A stretch of 62,911 nt of DNA, filler included, from Octopus bimaculoides (GCF_001194135.2; 5 parts of 5 records of this genome joined end to end with filler, not necessarily neighbours in it); one strand, 5' to 3'; shown: positions 42,963-55,215, counted from the whole stretch's first letter. The notes: generated from the sequence alone by a model not told the origin. Numbers and translations: made by a program.

Positions 42963-43098
42963 TAAAGGTCACAATATATATATTAAAGCGCTACTAGTAG
43001 TTTCATATTTTGAGAGAACTCAAAACATTCTTACATATCTCTCACCAGATGGAGTACGTTTTTTTGTTGAATTTTGTGTCACACATTATATGCGTGTG

Positions 43099-43131
<33 letters not shown>

Positions 43132-43820
43132 AATTATGTATGTATGTATGTAATATATTATGATTATATTAAATTTATAACGTAACAACTGTCACAAATT
43201 TAAACTTCATTCTTCTGTTGGTTAATACACACACACACGGTCATATATATANNNNNNNNNNNNNNNNNNNNNNNNNNNNNNNNNNNNNNNNNNNNNNNNN
43301 NNNNNNNNNNNNNNNNNNNNNNNNNNNNNNNNTATGCATACATACATACAGACGTGTGTGTGTGTACTTATGCGTATATGCATGTGTGAAGAACACAAGT
43401 GGAATTTAAAGATACACAACATTTGTTTCACCAATATTCTTTATTGATGAATAGTTCCGTTACTGGGATTACATAATGAAAAACTTTAGCTTTTGTCTGG
43501 TTATTTTAAACCTAGGTAAAACAAAAAAAATTCAAATCGAGTCACATTACCAGTCATCGGCATATCCTACCTGTGTTCTTTTATACAAGTCCCATATCTG
43601 GAACCATCTCTCTGTTCGGTCTATAACTTGCATTGAATCCGGAACCTTCAAGTGTGTATACATATATATTGGTTCAAAAGTAAATTTAAGGGTAAGCGAG
43701 TTAGGCAGGTCAATATACAAAGTATATTAAATATTAAATACATGAAATACAAATATAAATATATATATACATTTACATAAAAAAAAGGAAGTGATCTTCC
43801 TTGAAGGCGGAGGCTTGTCT

Positions 43821-43882
43821 CATCTGACGATGGAATCAATCTACAAACATTATTTTGAACCACCCAGAAACAGCTGTTGGAT
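43821..43882 (+). ncRNA. Degenerate hammerhead motif (AGCT loop)
   Basis: CTGACGA-TGG-(30 nt)-CCA-GAAA-C-AGCT-G-TT^GGAT. Core and stems II/III fit, but stem I pairs poorly. Confidence 0.5.
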
Positions 43883-43986
43883 TTAAAATACTTTTCTTCA
43901 ACCCCTTCAATTCTTGATATCATTTCTATTTTGTATAAGTCGGACCTTTTTGTATATAATATAGATAGATTGTGTGTGTGTATATG

Positions 43987-44103
43987 TCATTGCTCAGTTT
44001 TATTTCAAGATTTCTTGCCAATAAGGAAAGAGCCGGTTTCTAACCTACATCCAAGGCTCCTTCCTTGGAATTTCAACATCATCAACGGGTATTTTTGTTT
44101 GTT
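43987..44103 (-). mobile_element. R4-like LINE 3' UTR fragment (same subfamily as 29490-29603)
   Basis: The reverse complement aligns closely with 29490-29603. Confidence 0.8.
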
Positions 44104-45383
44104 TGCTTGTATGTATGTATGTATGTATGTATGTATGTATGTATGTATGTATGCATGTATGCATGTATGTATGTATGTATGTATGTACCTATACCCCAAT
44201 AAGGGTTGAAAATCGATTAGTGCTGTTCATTTCGTTCGGCGTGTGAGTGACGCAACACCATTCTAGATCTAACAGTACTCAGGCATTGATATGTGGTTAA
44301 GAAACTCGATTTGCAGCCTCGTAATTTTGGAATCAATCCTACTGCGCCGCAGCACCTGGGACATGTGTCTTTCTACTGTAGCCCCAGACCGATTAATACC
44401 ATCAATCTACAGAGACATAATTAAATCTACCATGTTTATATACATACGCACACATACACACACACGTACATACACACATATACAACCGCGTGAGGTTGGG
44501 TTTGAATGATGTAACAGCACGTTGTCAACATTTAATAGTAACTTTTATTTCACAACGTGAGTCATTTTCAGGTTGGTCATGAATTAGAAAGTTTCCAAAG
44601 TCAACACAATTGAAAGGATAATTTTGTAGCATTCATAAATAGTTGATAACAAAAGCCCGGTATTTAAGCTTGCCAAGAGAGGAGTCAATATACACAATAG
44701 ATTCATATCGGCCAACTACTACGCAATATTCAGGTTGAGTAAGAGTCGTGTAAATAACTATATTAACAGTAAGAAAGAGTACTGAGCTGGACTGCGGATT
44801 ATCGCACACTGAAGATTGTTGCTAAAAATACATACTAATAGTAACCCTTTGAACAGAGACGTTCCTGAAGAATCTAGAATGGACTATCACGTGAAGAAGT
44901 CTGGCTGCTGATTGGTCCTTAACTTGGCCTCTCACGTGAACAAAGGTTGTGCTACGTCGTGAAGTTTACTTCGAATTCTGACGATTCGGTTTTGAGCCTT
45001 GCTACAATTGCAAGACCAAAAACCTTAACCACGCCACCATAACTATGTCCATTTTGCAACGATTCAACAACTCTGAGAACGTCTTAGTTTTAGTTCTTAG
45101 ATAAACATATTGCAAGAATGGCTCTCCAACGCCATATTGTATTTCAATAGTTGTGTTATGACACTTCTATAAACATTTGATGGGAATAATCTTACAGAAA
45201 TACTAGCAGTGTTTACTTAACGACTCTAGGCTACGTAACAGATCTATTGATGTGGAGTGGATACTGGATATCGATCGATTCTTTCTATTTACAAATTGTT
45301 CCTCTGTGTATTAATATTCCCAGAAGTGGAATTTTTCTTCCCCACTTTCTCCTTTCTCTCTCTCTTTCTCCCCCTCTCTCCCA

Positions 45384-45434
<51 letters not shown>

Positions 45435-45456
45435 ACTCTTTCTTTCTCACTCATGC

Positions 45457-45490
<34 letters not shown>

Positions 45491-45647
45491 NNNNNNNNNN
45501 TTTATATTTCATCCTCACATATTTACACACAAAAATATACACATAAGCGCACATATTTACTTCTTTTTCTTTTTTATCTCTCACAACTCTCTCTCTCTCT
45601 CTCTTCCTCATAAAAATATTCAGACTTTCGTTCTATATATCTCGCGC

Positions 45648-45684
<37 letters not shown>

Positions 45685-45815
45685 GCACACACATACACAC
45701 ACACACACTGTCTTCCTCATATAAATCCACACTTGTGTCCATTCTATCTAACCACCTATCAATCTACCGGTCTGCCTATATACCTACATGCAAACTTTCC
45801 CACCTACCTTCATTC

Positions 45816-45877
<62 letters not shown>

Positions 45878-46589
45878 GTCTGTCTGTCTGTCTATCTATC
45901 TAGCTATCTGAAAAGAACTCTGTGATATTGTCTATATCAAGACGTCAAGTAGGAGAGACGATATCAATTTGCCCTGATTTCCCACACAAAGTTAAACACT
46001 AAATATTCCGATGAAATGAAGTGACGGTTAATTAGACAGTTTTATTTGTTTATGGCCATCTCGACTGAGCCAGTTGGAAAAAATGTTTAGTATCAGTAGC
46101 ATGGAATGGTTCACATTGATCTCATCAAAAAGACAGATTTATGATTTATTTATGTAATAAATACATAAATATCATATAATAATTTCGTACTTAGAAACGT
46201 ATACGGTTGTTAAAGATAGCAGCCAAATCTCCCTCATCACACACCGATCAGGAAAGCGCTGGTATCTTTTATATTATCGTTTACCATGTTTTACTTAAAC
46301 AAGTAAAACATTGGACTATGGCCATGCTGGGGCATCGTCTTGAAGGGGTTTAGTCGAACAAATCGGCCCCCTGTAATCGTTTGTTTCTATTTGTTTGTTA
46401 TTTAGTCTATCAGTCTATTTTGCCGAACGACTAGATTAACGGGGGACGTGAGCAAACCGAAACGGGCCGCCAAGCGGTGGTGAGTTACAAGCATAAAAAC
46501 GCAATCACGCACGCACATACACACACACACATACACACACTCACACATACATACATACATACATACATACATACATAGTACGTACGTAT

Positions 46590-48483
46590 ATGGACAACTA
46601 TTCTAATCCTTACAACTGAGAACAGAATAATTGTTTCTGATAGAACAAGCATTTCAAAGGGAATATTCGTAGATAATCTTTCTGTACTTCTTTTCATTTT
46701 GGCACTAAATCCATTATCTTCCTCATGCAAAAAAACAAATGGTTACATGCTAGGATCTTAAACTGCTAGAGATATCAATGTTACTCATAATTTCTTTGTA
46801 GACGACCTGAAGATGTGTGCTAAAAGTGTTAACAAGGCCAAAAAACAACTGGAATTAATAACAAAATTTTCAGCTGATACAGGCATGGAATTTGGCCGAA
46901 AGAAATGTTCATATTTGGTTATAGAACGAGGTAAGTCAGTCCCCCAAACCCCAAACCTGTGCATCAACTGTCTCTCTATCTCCCCCATTCCACACAATGA
47001 ATGTTACAAGTACCTAGGCATACATGAAAATGTATCATATGAAGGCACTGTGAATGAAGATAGAGTGACTCGAGAATATTACACCAGACTTAGGAAAATA
47101 TGGCAGTCGGAATTTTCCTCTTACAACAAAACAATATCCTACAATGCATTTTCAGTACCAGTGGTGATCCCAACATTTGGGATACTTGATTGGTCTGTAG
47201 AGGAAATCCACTCCATAGATATCAAAACCCGCAAAATCCTGACAACAGCTGGGGACTTCCACAGAAACAGTGATGTTGACAGGTTCTACCTAAAAAGAAA
47301 TGAAGGTAGAGGCCAGAGATCAGTGCAGACGGCCTTCGAACGTCGTATAGTATCATTCAGGCAGCACCTGCTGAGCAACATAGATGCGGTGCTGAAAAGT
47401 GAAGTGAGCAACATTGTACGAGTTGGCAGTGAGCTCCTCAAGAAGCACTCTCCTCCTGATGAACTCCCATACAGCCCTAAAACATCTGGATTTTCTTACC
47501 TCAGAGGGGACTTGGATGGAAAGCACTCAGCATACCAAAAAAGACCATGCATGAGTATTTACACGAAGCGCAAACTCTATTGGACATAAAACCACTATAT
47601 CACATCACACTTTGAGGGCTGTGCGTTTGCAATCCAGTAACAGGAAATTGCCACGAACTACCTGATGAACAAGAGAGACAGTGACGGTCTTGTAATCCCA
47701 AGGCGCAACCGCCTGTGTAGGCTATGTCATGTTTCTGTGGAAGACATCACGCATGTGATTAGCAGCCGTCCTTAAATATCACGGTGCTACTGCCCTATGC
47801 GACATGATGTTGTAGCTAAAACAATGTACAATGCTATCCGCAAAAAGGACAGTCCTGAAATAAACTTAGAAAATCCCTCTGGAATACATTCATAAATACC
47901 AACTCAAGGAATACTGGTGGAATATTCCCCATCAAAACGTCTGTCAAATGTAAACATAACAGGCCGGATATTGTTGTTTGGGACAGAGGGGAAAAGGCAT
48001 GTACCATCATAGAGGCCAGATGCCCTGTAAATATAAATATCTCTTTGAAAATCAGAAGAAAAGAGGATATCTATGGACAACTGCTACGAAACCTCCAGCT
48101 TCTATATCCAGACTATGAATTCATATTCATACCAATAATAATTGGAGCACTAGGTTTTGTTAGTAAATGCTTAAAGGAGANNNNNNNNNNAGACTATGAA
48201 TTCATATTCATACCAATAATAATTGGAGCACTAGGTTTTGTTAGTAAATGCTTAAAGGAGAATCTGGATAAATTGGGATTTTCAGAAAGAGAAATCGACC
48301 GGCTAACCCGTACATTATAAATGCAATCTGAGAGTGGAACAGTAAAAATATGCAAGACTTTTCTCAAGTTCCAAATGTGAATTTGTCTGTGTTAGCTACA
48401 TCCCAAAGATGGAGCCTTGTATCTTTTTTTAAATCGGCTCCCTCTTCAGTGGAAGACTTATAATAATTAAGAAATAGAAGAGA
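46590..48483 (+). mobile_element. 5'-truncated R4/Dong-like non-LTR retrotransposon (RT, CCHC knuckle, REL endonuclease)
   Basis: FVDDLKM, YKYLGI, SDVDRFYLKRNEGRG, CRLCHVSVEDITHVISS, RHDVVAK, NRPDIVVWD, IPIIIGALG, GTVKICKTFLKF. Contains several stops and frameshifts. Confidence 0.9.
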
Positions 48484-48505
48484 CATACATACATACATAC
48501 ATACA

Positions 48506-48536
<31 letters not shown>

Positions 48537-48539
48537 GAA

Positions 48540-49690
48540 TGCCTTACTCGTGAATCAGTATGGCTTCCGTTGCAGTAGAAGCATCGCTGACATGATCTGC
48601 CTTCGCCAAATTCAGGAAAATGCATTGGGCAGAACATGCCTATGTATGCTGTGTTCATAGACTTCACAAAGACTTTAGACACACTATCTTGTGATGGACT
48701 TTGGGTGGCTCTTAAAGAACATAGAGATCTTAGAAGGTTCATCTACAGAATCAGGTCCCAGCACGACTGAATGCAGGCGTTCTTAGCAATACTTCAAGCG
48801 AATTTGTGGTGACAAATGGAGTTAAATAAGAGTGCGTACTTTCTTCAACACTGTTCTTCCTCTATCTCACAAAAGCGTTGGAAGTTGCCTTTGAGGGAAT
48901 TGGAGGGGGAGGGATTTACATCTAGACGCCGCATGATGTTGATTTGTTCAATGCTGCGCAGTATAAAGCTGAGACGCGCACTGCAAACGTCCTAGTATGG
49001 GAGATGTTGTTCGCTGACGATAGTGCGCTAGCTGTCCACAACGCTGAAGATATGCAGAAACTGGTAGATAACTTTGCCAGAGCTGTGTAACAGCTCCGCT
49101 TAAAGATTAACATAAAAAAAAAACGAATGCTTGCGGAGAACCTAAATTCCTCTCTTACAGAAAATAAACATTCATGTCTTTGATAAGATCTTGCCAAACA
49201 GGTCGGATTGGACGAAGTGGTTTCGTTGGATACCCTCCGCGTTCACCAGACCTTACACATTTAGACTTTTTTATGAGGATACTTAGACAAAGTCTACGTT
49301 ATGAAACTTGCAACGGTCGCTGATTTGAGAGCAGCCATTGAACGAAAACGGACATGAATTGGTGGCCCTGAGCAAAACATTCAAATACCTAAGCATCGTT
49401 ATCTCAGTTGATGCAAAATAGACCAGGAAATTACATACAGAATAAGCAGAATTAGTGCGTCATTTGGTAGACAGCAGAAGAGTTTGTGGGAAAACGGGCA
49501 TGTTTCCATACGTGTCAAATGTAAGGTGTACCAGGCTATAGTGCTTTATTCCCTGTTGTATGGAGTTGAAACCTGGATAGTCTATAAAGCTCTAGCAGAC
49601 AAGTTACATGCATATATGATGAGACAGCTACGACGAATCATGAATATTATCCGTCTTAACAAGATCAAGAATGAAGAGACCCTATGGTGA
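48540..49690 (+). mobile_element. RTE-clade LINE RT relic, interrupted at 49176-49350
   Basis: GFRCSRSIADMI.LRQIQE, YAVFIDFTKTLD, MLFADDSALAVHNAEDMQKLVD, KVYQAIVLYSLLYGVETW. Confidence 0.85.
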
Positions 49691-50130
49691 CAACGCGGAG
49701 CAATGGAATCGCAAATATCACGAGTCAATTCGTTTGGTATTTGTGTGCGTTTTCATTCAATGGCTGCTCTCAAATCAGCGACCGTTGCAAGTTTCATAAC
49801 GTAGATTTTGTCTAAGTATCCTCATAAAAAAGTCTAAATGTGTAAGGTCTGGTGAACGCGGAGGGTATCCAACGAAACCACTTCGTCCAATCCACCTGGT
49901 TGGCAAGATCTTATCAAAGACGGATCTAGCATCGCAATGGTAGTGTGGGGGGTGCCCCATCTTGCTGAAAATAAAACTCCTCATCTTCAAAGTTTTCTGA
50001 AACACTTGGCATGACAGACTGTTGCAGTAATTTGAGGTAAACAGGACCAGTCACAGTAGGGTCAAAAAAGAATGGTCCAATTAATCCTCTTGACGATAAG
50101 CCACACCACACTGCAACTCCTGGTAAGCTA
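49688..50130 (-). mobile_element. Tc1/mariner DD37D/DD41D-like transposase fragment
   Basis: [26 protein letters not shown](H), WIGR..YPPRSPDLTHLDFF. Confidence 0.85.
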
Positions 50131-50265
50131 ACATGTATGTATGTATGTATGTATGTATGTATGTACGTATGCATGTACGTATGTGTGTATGCATAAATAT
50201 ATATATATATACATATATATATATACAAAGGCATACATACACATATGAATATGTATGTACGTATT

Positions 50266-50302
<37 letters not shown>

Positions 50303-51136
50303 GCACACACACACACACACACACACAAGTTTATATGCTTACATATGTATGTGCGTGCATGTTTATAATAACAATGTTGTATTTGCGTGTATTTCTACTT
50401 TCAAAATAGCATTCACAGACTGAGAAAACATAACATATTGCTTACTGTATATCTGTTTAGCCTACTTTGCATCGCATCACCAAAGGTTTCATAACAGGAA
50501 ACAATCCTCAGTCAAAGACAGCCAGTAATAGTAACCCCGCCACTCAAGAAATGCAGCATTGGTACGTCGTCTCGGTGGTGACTTCTAGTTGACTACATCT
50601 GAGTTGTCATTTATTTAACTTCCGGTGGTGTGACGAGTCACGTCTGAGAATTTAATCCGTTTGGAGTATTCTGTTATATTTGGAGAGATGAAACTCATCA
50701 TGATGACACTTATTCATTGAATCCGTCTCTTGTTTAGAAAGACTTCTGAATTTTTCAACGTTGCACAAATTGAAAAAGCTTTCCCCTCTTATATTTGTTA
50801 TTGTAGGCTAAAGTGGACTTTGGAATTTTAAAATTAACTTGTCTCCAGTTACCACCAATGCAGCTGTGATGTGTCTGATTTATTTGCAAGTAAATTAGTT
50901 ATTATTTCTAGCTTCATTTGCATTTTAAAAGCTGCTCATTCTAATTATGTCGAAAGACAGCAGATCTTAGTGTAGTAGTATTGCTGCCGTCCGGTATACA
51001 GCAAGCCCATGGTTTAATTCATGTAGGTGACTCTGTGCACTTTTCTTCCAGCTAAGAGATATTTTACCTGATATATTACATGTTATTATTTTTAACGTTA
51101 TTCAGGCGGCGAAGTAGCTAAATCGTTAACATGCAA

Positions 51137-51524
51137 GAGTGGCTGTGTGGTAAGTAGCTTGCTTACCAGCCACATGGTTCCGGGTTCAGTCCCACTGCGT
51201 GGCACCTTGGGCAAGTGTCTTCTACTATAGCCTCGGACCGACCAAAGCCTTGTGAGTGGATTTGGTAGACGGAAACTGAAAGAAGCCCGTCGTATAAATA
51301 TGTATATATATATGTTTGTGTGTCTGTGTTTGTCCCCCCAACATCGCTTGATAACCTATGCTAGTGTGTTTACGTCCCTGTAACTTAGCGGTTCGGCAAA
51401 AGAGACCGATAGAATAAGTACTAGGCTTACAAAGAATAAGTTCTGTGGGTCGATTTGCTCGACTAAAGGCGGTGCTCCAGCATGGCTGCAGTCAAATGAC
51501 TGAAAGAAGTAAAAGAGTAAAAGA
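51137..51524 (+). mobile_element. Near full-length tRNA-derived CORE-like SINE with internal microsatellite
   Basis: A box TGGCTGTGTGG (51140), B box GGTTCAGTCCC (51183) and a CORE-like CACCTTGGGCAAGT, followed by a (TA)/(TG) spacer, a conserved second half and an (AAAAGAGT)n-like tail. Confidence 0.9.
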
Positions 51525-51624
51525 NNNNNNNNNNNNNNNNNNNNNNNNNNNNNNNNNNNNNNNNNNNNTTAATTAATTAANNNNNNNNNNNNNNNNNNNN
51601 NNNNNNNNNNNNNNNNNNNNNNNN

Positions 51625-51708
51625 TGATACACGAAGGAGTCATACCCAATGACTGGTGTAGCAGCATCATAGTCAACTGCTACAAAGGTAAAGGTGACGC
51701 TTTAGATA
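51625..51708 (+). mobile_element. RTE RT fragment
   Basis: IHEGVIPNDWCSSIIVNCYKGKGDALD. Confidence 0.7.
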
Positions 51709-51943
51709 CACTGGCTTGTGCGGGTGGCACATAAAAGACACCATTTCGAGCGTGGCCGTTGCCAGTATCGCCTGACTGGCCTTCGTGCAGGTGACACGTA
51801 AAAGCACCTACTACACTCTCTGAGTGGTTGGCGTTAGGAAGGGCATCCAGCTGTAGAAACTCTGCCAAATTTAGATTGGAGCCTGGTGTTGCCATCCGGT
51901 TTCACCAGTCCTCAGTCAAGTCGAGTTAAACGATGATGATGAT
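51709..51943 (+). mobile_element. Meta-domain-like SINE 3' part with (GAT)n tail
   Basis: GAGTGGTTGGCGTTAGGAAGGGCATCCAGCTGTAGAAAC ... GTTAAACGATGATGATGAT. Confidence 0.6.
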
Positions 51944-52110
51944 ATCCATATATACATATACATGCAACAAGTGGTAGAGTGAACCCATAAGCTTTTGTTG
52001 TAAATAACACATTTGAAAATCTTTGGCCATACTTTTTACAGAAAGAAATGTGACTGTTTTAAATGCAGGAATGTGTTAATTTTTTTTAAATATCAAAATG
52101 AAGTTATACA

Positions 52111-52116
52111 TTTATT
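52111..52116 (-). terminator. Candidate polyadenylation signal AATAAA for PCTP
   Basis: AATAAA on the minus strand about 190 nt after the stop codon. The region is AT-rich, so a chance match is possible. Confidence 0.4.
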
Positions 52117-52305
52117 TTGAAAAAGTGAACTTCCTAAAAGTGTTGGAAAATTGAACTCACAAAATATTATTTCTGTATTCTGATAAAGGAAAGCAACAAT
52201 GCTTTCCTTTTCACTAGTGAAACTATTAACAGTATAGAAAGGTACAGAAATAACTGAAATTTAAAAAGTAAACTTTCAATATAAACTTATAAATGCTAAA
52301 TTTTG

Positions 52306-52392
52306 TCAATTTTTGCCAGCTTTTGATTTAAGATATTTTGGATAATTTTTGCAAGCTGTGTTCATTTGTGTCAAGAATGCTGGGACAGCCGT
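52306..52392 (-). CDS. PCTP: PCTP terminal coding exon: TAVPAFLTQMNTACKNYPKYLKSKAGKN*
   Basis: Strong acceptor (TTCTTTTTTTCAG), phase 0, TGA at 52308-52306. Matches the PCTP C-terminal helix NGVPNFLKDMARACQNY. Confidence 0.92.
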   Translation of the reverse strand, partial: TAVPAFLTQMNTACKNYPKYLKSKAGKN

Positions 52393-53181
52393 CTGAAAAA
52401 AAGAATGAAAGAAAATAAATTTAATTAACAAACATCTACTAGAGCAAAAAAAAAAAATGCAATTTTATAGCAATTTAAGAATTTACCTTGTTTATTTAAT
52501 TCATCCTTTGTCTAATTAACCTAATTTATACATTTTACATATCTAATTTGCCTGAGATGTTCTTTATTAAAAATATCAAGAAGCTTAATAATGACAAAAT
52601 TATTTTGATAAATTCTTTAAGTTTTTCAAAATTAGTTGGAACAAAAACTGAATTTCAACAGAAATATGACAACACATGGGTTAAACATTGATGATTTGTT
52701 TTTCATCTCAGACTTTATCAAAGAATTGTTGGAAAAATCAAAATAACAGTCAAAAGGCTCAAAAGTGGTCACAACAAAGACAAAAGTTATAGCTAGTTTT
52801 AGAGAACTATCCTGTGGAATCTTAATATGTAAGATGAGACTAAGCAAGTTCACAATTCTATGTAGTCACTGCAAATGATGTGTTTACAAAAAGGTCCATC
52901 AAGGAATCATTCCTGAACCAGGTTTTTAAATGCAGTTGATGAAACTGGAATCACTGGCACCAGATCTTAGTATGTAATGAAGAATATAGCCTGTAGGATA
53001 TGGCAAATTTCATCACATCAGTGACATTAACAAGACAGTTCAAATAAAATAGAAATTGTGACACGAATATTACTAGGTTAGAAATTCAGTGAAATGTTAC
53101 TGCAATAAGTAACAAAGGGTTTCTCTCTGAACAAAATCCACATATGAAATATGTGTGTATGTACTGTATATAAAGAAAGTG

Positions 53182-53233
<52 letters not shown>

Positions 53234-53459
53234 GCATTACTATACAGTAATGCCTCACGCTTAGAGGGACTTTATAAGTCAAAACTACCAAAATAAGCAC
53301 ACATTTTCATTCAAGCCAACATGTGAATTGGTGAAAGGTGAAACTATACTAATAAGTCTCAATAAAGAGACTTCCAGAGTAGATGGCATGAACAGAAAAA
53401 TAATTCTGACAATAAAATGAACCATTAATATTTGATTTTTAACTTAGATTTCCATTTTT

Positions 53460-53950
53460 TAAATTTTAATTATTTATTTTTTACTTGCTGAGTCAGAAAG
53501 AAGGGGCAGAGTCCATGGCATTTGCAGGCCCTCTGAGACTTTGTGAGAATGGTGCTATTAATGTTTTGTCTAAATTGTTGAAAATCAATACCTGCAGGAA
53601 AGACACGGTTGAGGAGATTCCAGCAGACTGACATTTTGGGAATGAAGGATTGTGCATAGTGGTTAGAACAGGGAAAGACGGATGACGATGGACACACCAA
53701 CGGTGACATGAGGTGGAGAGACAAGTAGATCAGGGATGCCTGAGTGGTAGAGGTATGAAACCAGCCAGTTTCTAGAAGCTGAGGCTCTTATCAATAAAAA
53801 AGGAGACAGCATGCCAGTGGACCAGAGGTTGTAATGTGTCTGTTAGTGATAGAATATCAATCAGCTGAGTAGCTCTTTAGTAGAAACCCATGAGTAGCTT
53901 GATGTAGTCAATGATGTCTGTGTGTGTAACAGTAGCATTACCCCAAATAA
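53460..53950 (-). mobile_element. CR1/Jockey-like LINE 3' end in a PCTP intron
   Basis: NHYAQSFIPKMSVCWNLL..VFPAGIDFQQFRQNIN. Confidence 0.6.
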
Positions 53951-55147
53951 AAAAAGAAAACAAATACTAAGTCCAGAATAACTAGCATACTGTCTCTTTT
54001 TTCAAAAATAAAGAAGTACATGGGTCAGATCTGAGCATGCTGAAATTTACAGACAAGATGCAGACAAGTTTTCAAAATACTTTGTCATAGAGGCTCTATA
54101 GAATTATTTGATTACAGTCATAATTATTGTGCAGACAAGTTTCAAAATATAATTTCTCATTTAGGCTCCATGAGAGTATTTGTCTTCATGTAATCTATGT
54201 AGAACAAATCAGCTTGGCATAGTTCATCCCTCTACAAGCTGCAAACAAAGGAGTTAAGCTGTTGAAATTCTTGCTACTTACAACAGTGGACCAATTTTCA
54301 TTAAGTGGGTTGCCTATTGTGCAGTTAAGTGTCAAATGGCTTTGTAAAACTTACAGCATAACACTGCTAGTTGGACATGAACTGTTAACTTGCAGAAGTT
54401 TTCTTAACATGGAAAATAGTTATTAGGTTTATTTTAGCCAATCTTTCATCAGAAAACAAATGAGCATTAATGAACCATTTCTTTTAATTTCTTCAATCTT
54501 TTGGCTATGTACTGTAGTGGATTATTAGAGTTAGTGGTATACATTTATAAAGCCAAGCCTTTTCTCATCAAAATGCTACACTAACTGCATACCATTCCTA
54601 CTCAATATACCTGCCTTTCCTACTTTTACCATCCCTATAGTGTCTCACCCAACTAACACTTTATTAATCACTTTTTCCAATCTTCCTGTCCATATTTCCC
54701 TTCTAATCATTAATCTGCAGAAAGTTAATAGGAACATCAACTCAATTCTTCTCACAATTCTGAGAAGGCCCTTAAGAACTGTAAGCATTGTCCCTGTTGC
54801 TAAGACTAAACTGTAGACGTTTTAACAAATCAAATAATAAAGCAAATCTGGAAGGAAATGAGCAATAAGACATAAAATCAAATTTCCAGTGCCACACTCT
54901 ACTTATAAACCATGACTAATATAAATATTCCTTCAAAAACAATGGATATTGAAAAGAACATAGGTTAAAAGAAAAAGTATTTTATTTCAATGAAACATTT
55001 AAAAAAAATTGTGTGAGTTGAAAATGTTATGGATTATATCTTTTGTTGCTTCTAGATTAACATTCTTCTAACAAAAAGTGTAAACAAATTTGTTGTAATT
55101 TTACTTTTTATTTTGAAAATTAATTTGTTTTTAGAATAGATACAAAC

Positions 55148-55215
55148 CTTTGCAGCCCAGTTGATTAACCAAGTTGGTATCATGCCTTTCGGATCATCAT
55201 AATATTGCATGAAAA
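55148..55215 (-). CDS. PCTP: PCTP penultimate exon: (V)FMQYYDDPKGMIPTWLINWAAK
   Basis: 68-nt exon with acceptor TTTTAG and donor AAG|GTTTGT (phase 1 to 0). Near-identical to the PCTP motif VFMYYFDNPGGQIPSWLINWAAK and much closer to PCTP than to STARD7/10. Confidence 0.95.

Noticed and set aside
48110-48261. Exact ~70-bp tandem duplication in the R4 endonuclease region
   Set aside because: The copies flank a 10-N gap, typical of an unmerged contig overlap.
49044-49066. CTGAAGA-TATGCA-GAAACTGGTA hammerhead-like match
   Set aside because: It lies in RTE RT coding sequence (AEDMQKLVD), with only a 1-bp stem II and no stem I.
52488-52512. Possible 25-nt micro-exon before the PCTP terminal exon (donor AAG|GTAAAT)
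   Set aside because: Weak acceptor and wrong phase; 55148 joins 52392 in frame with the expected PCTP sequence.
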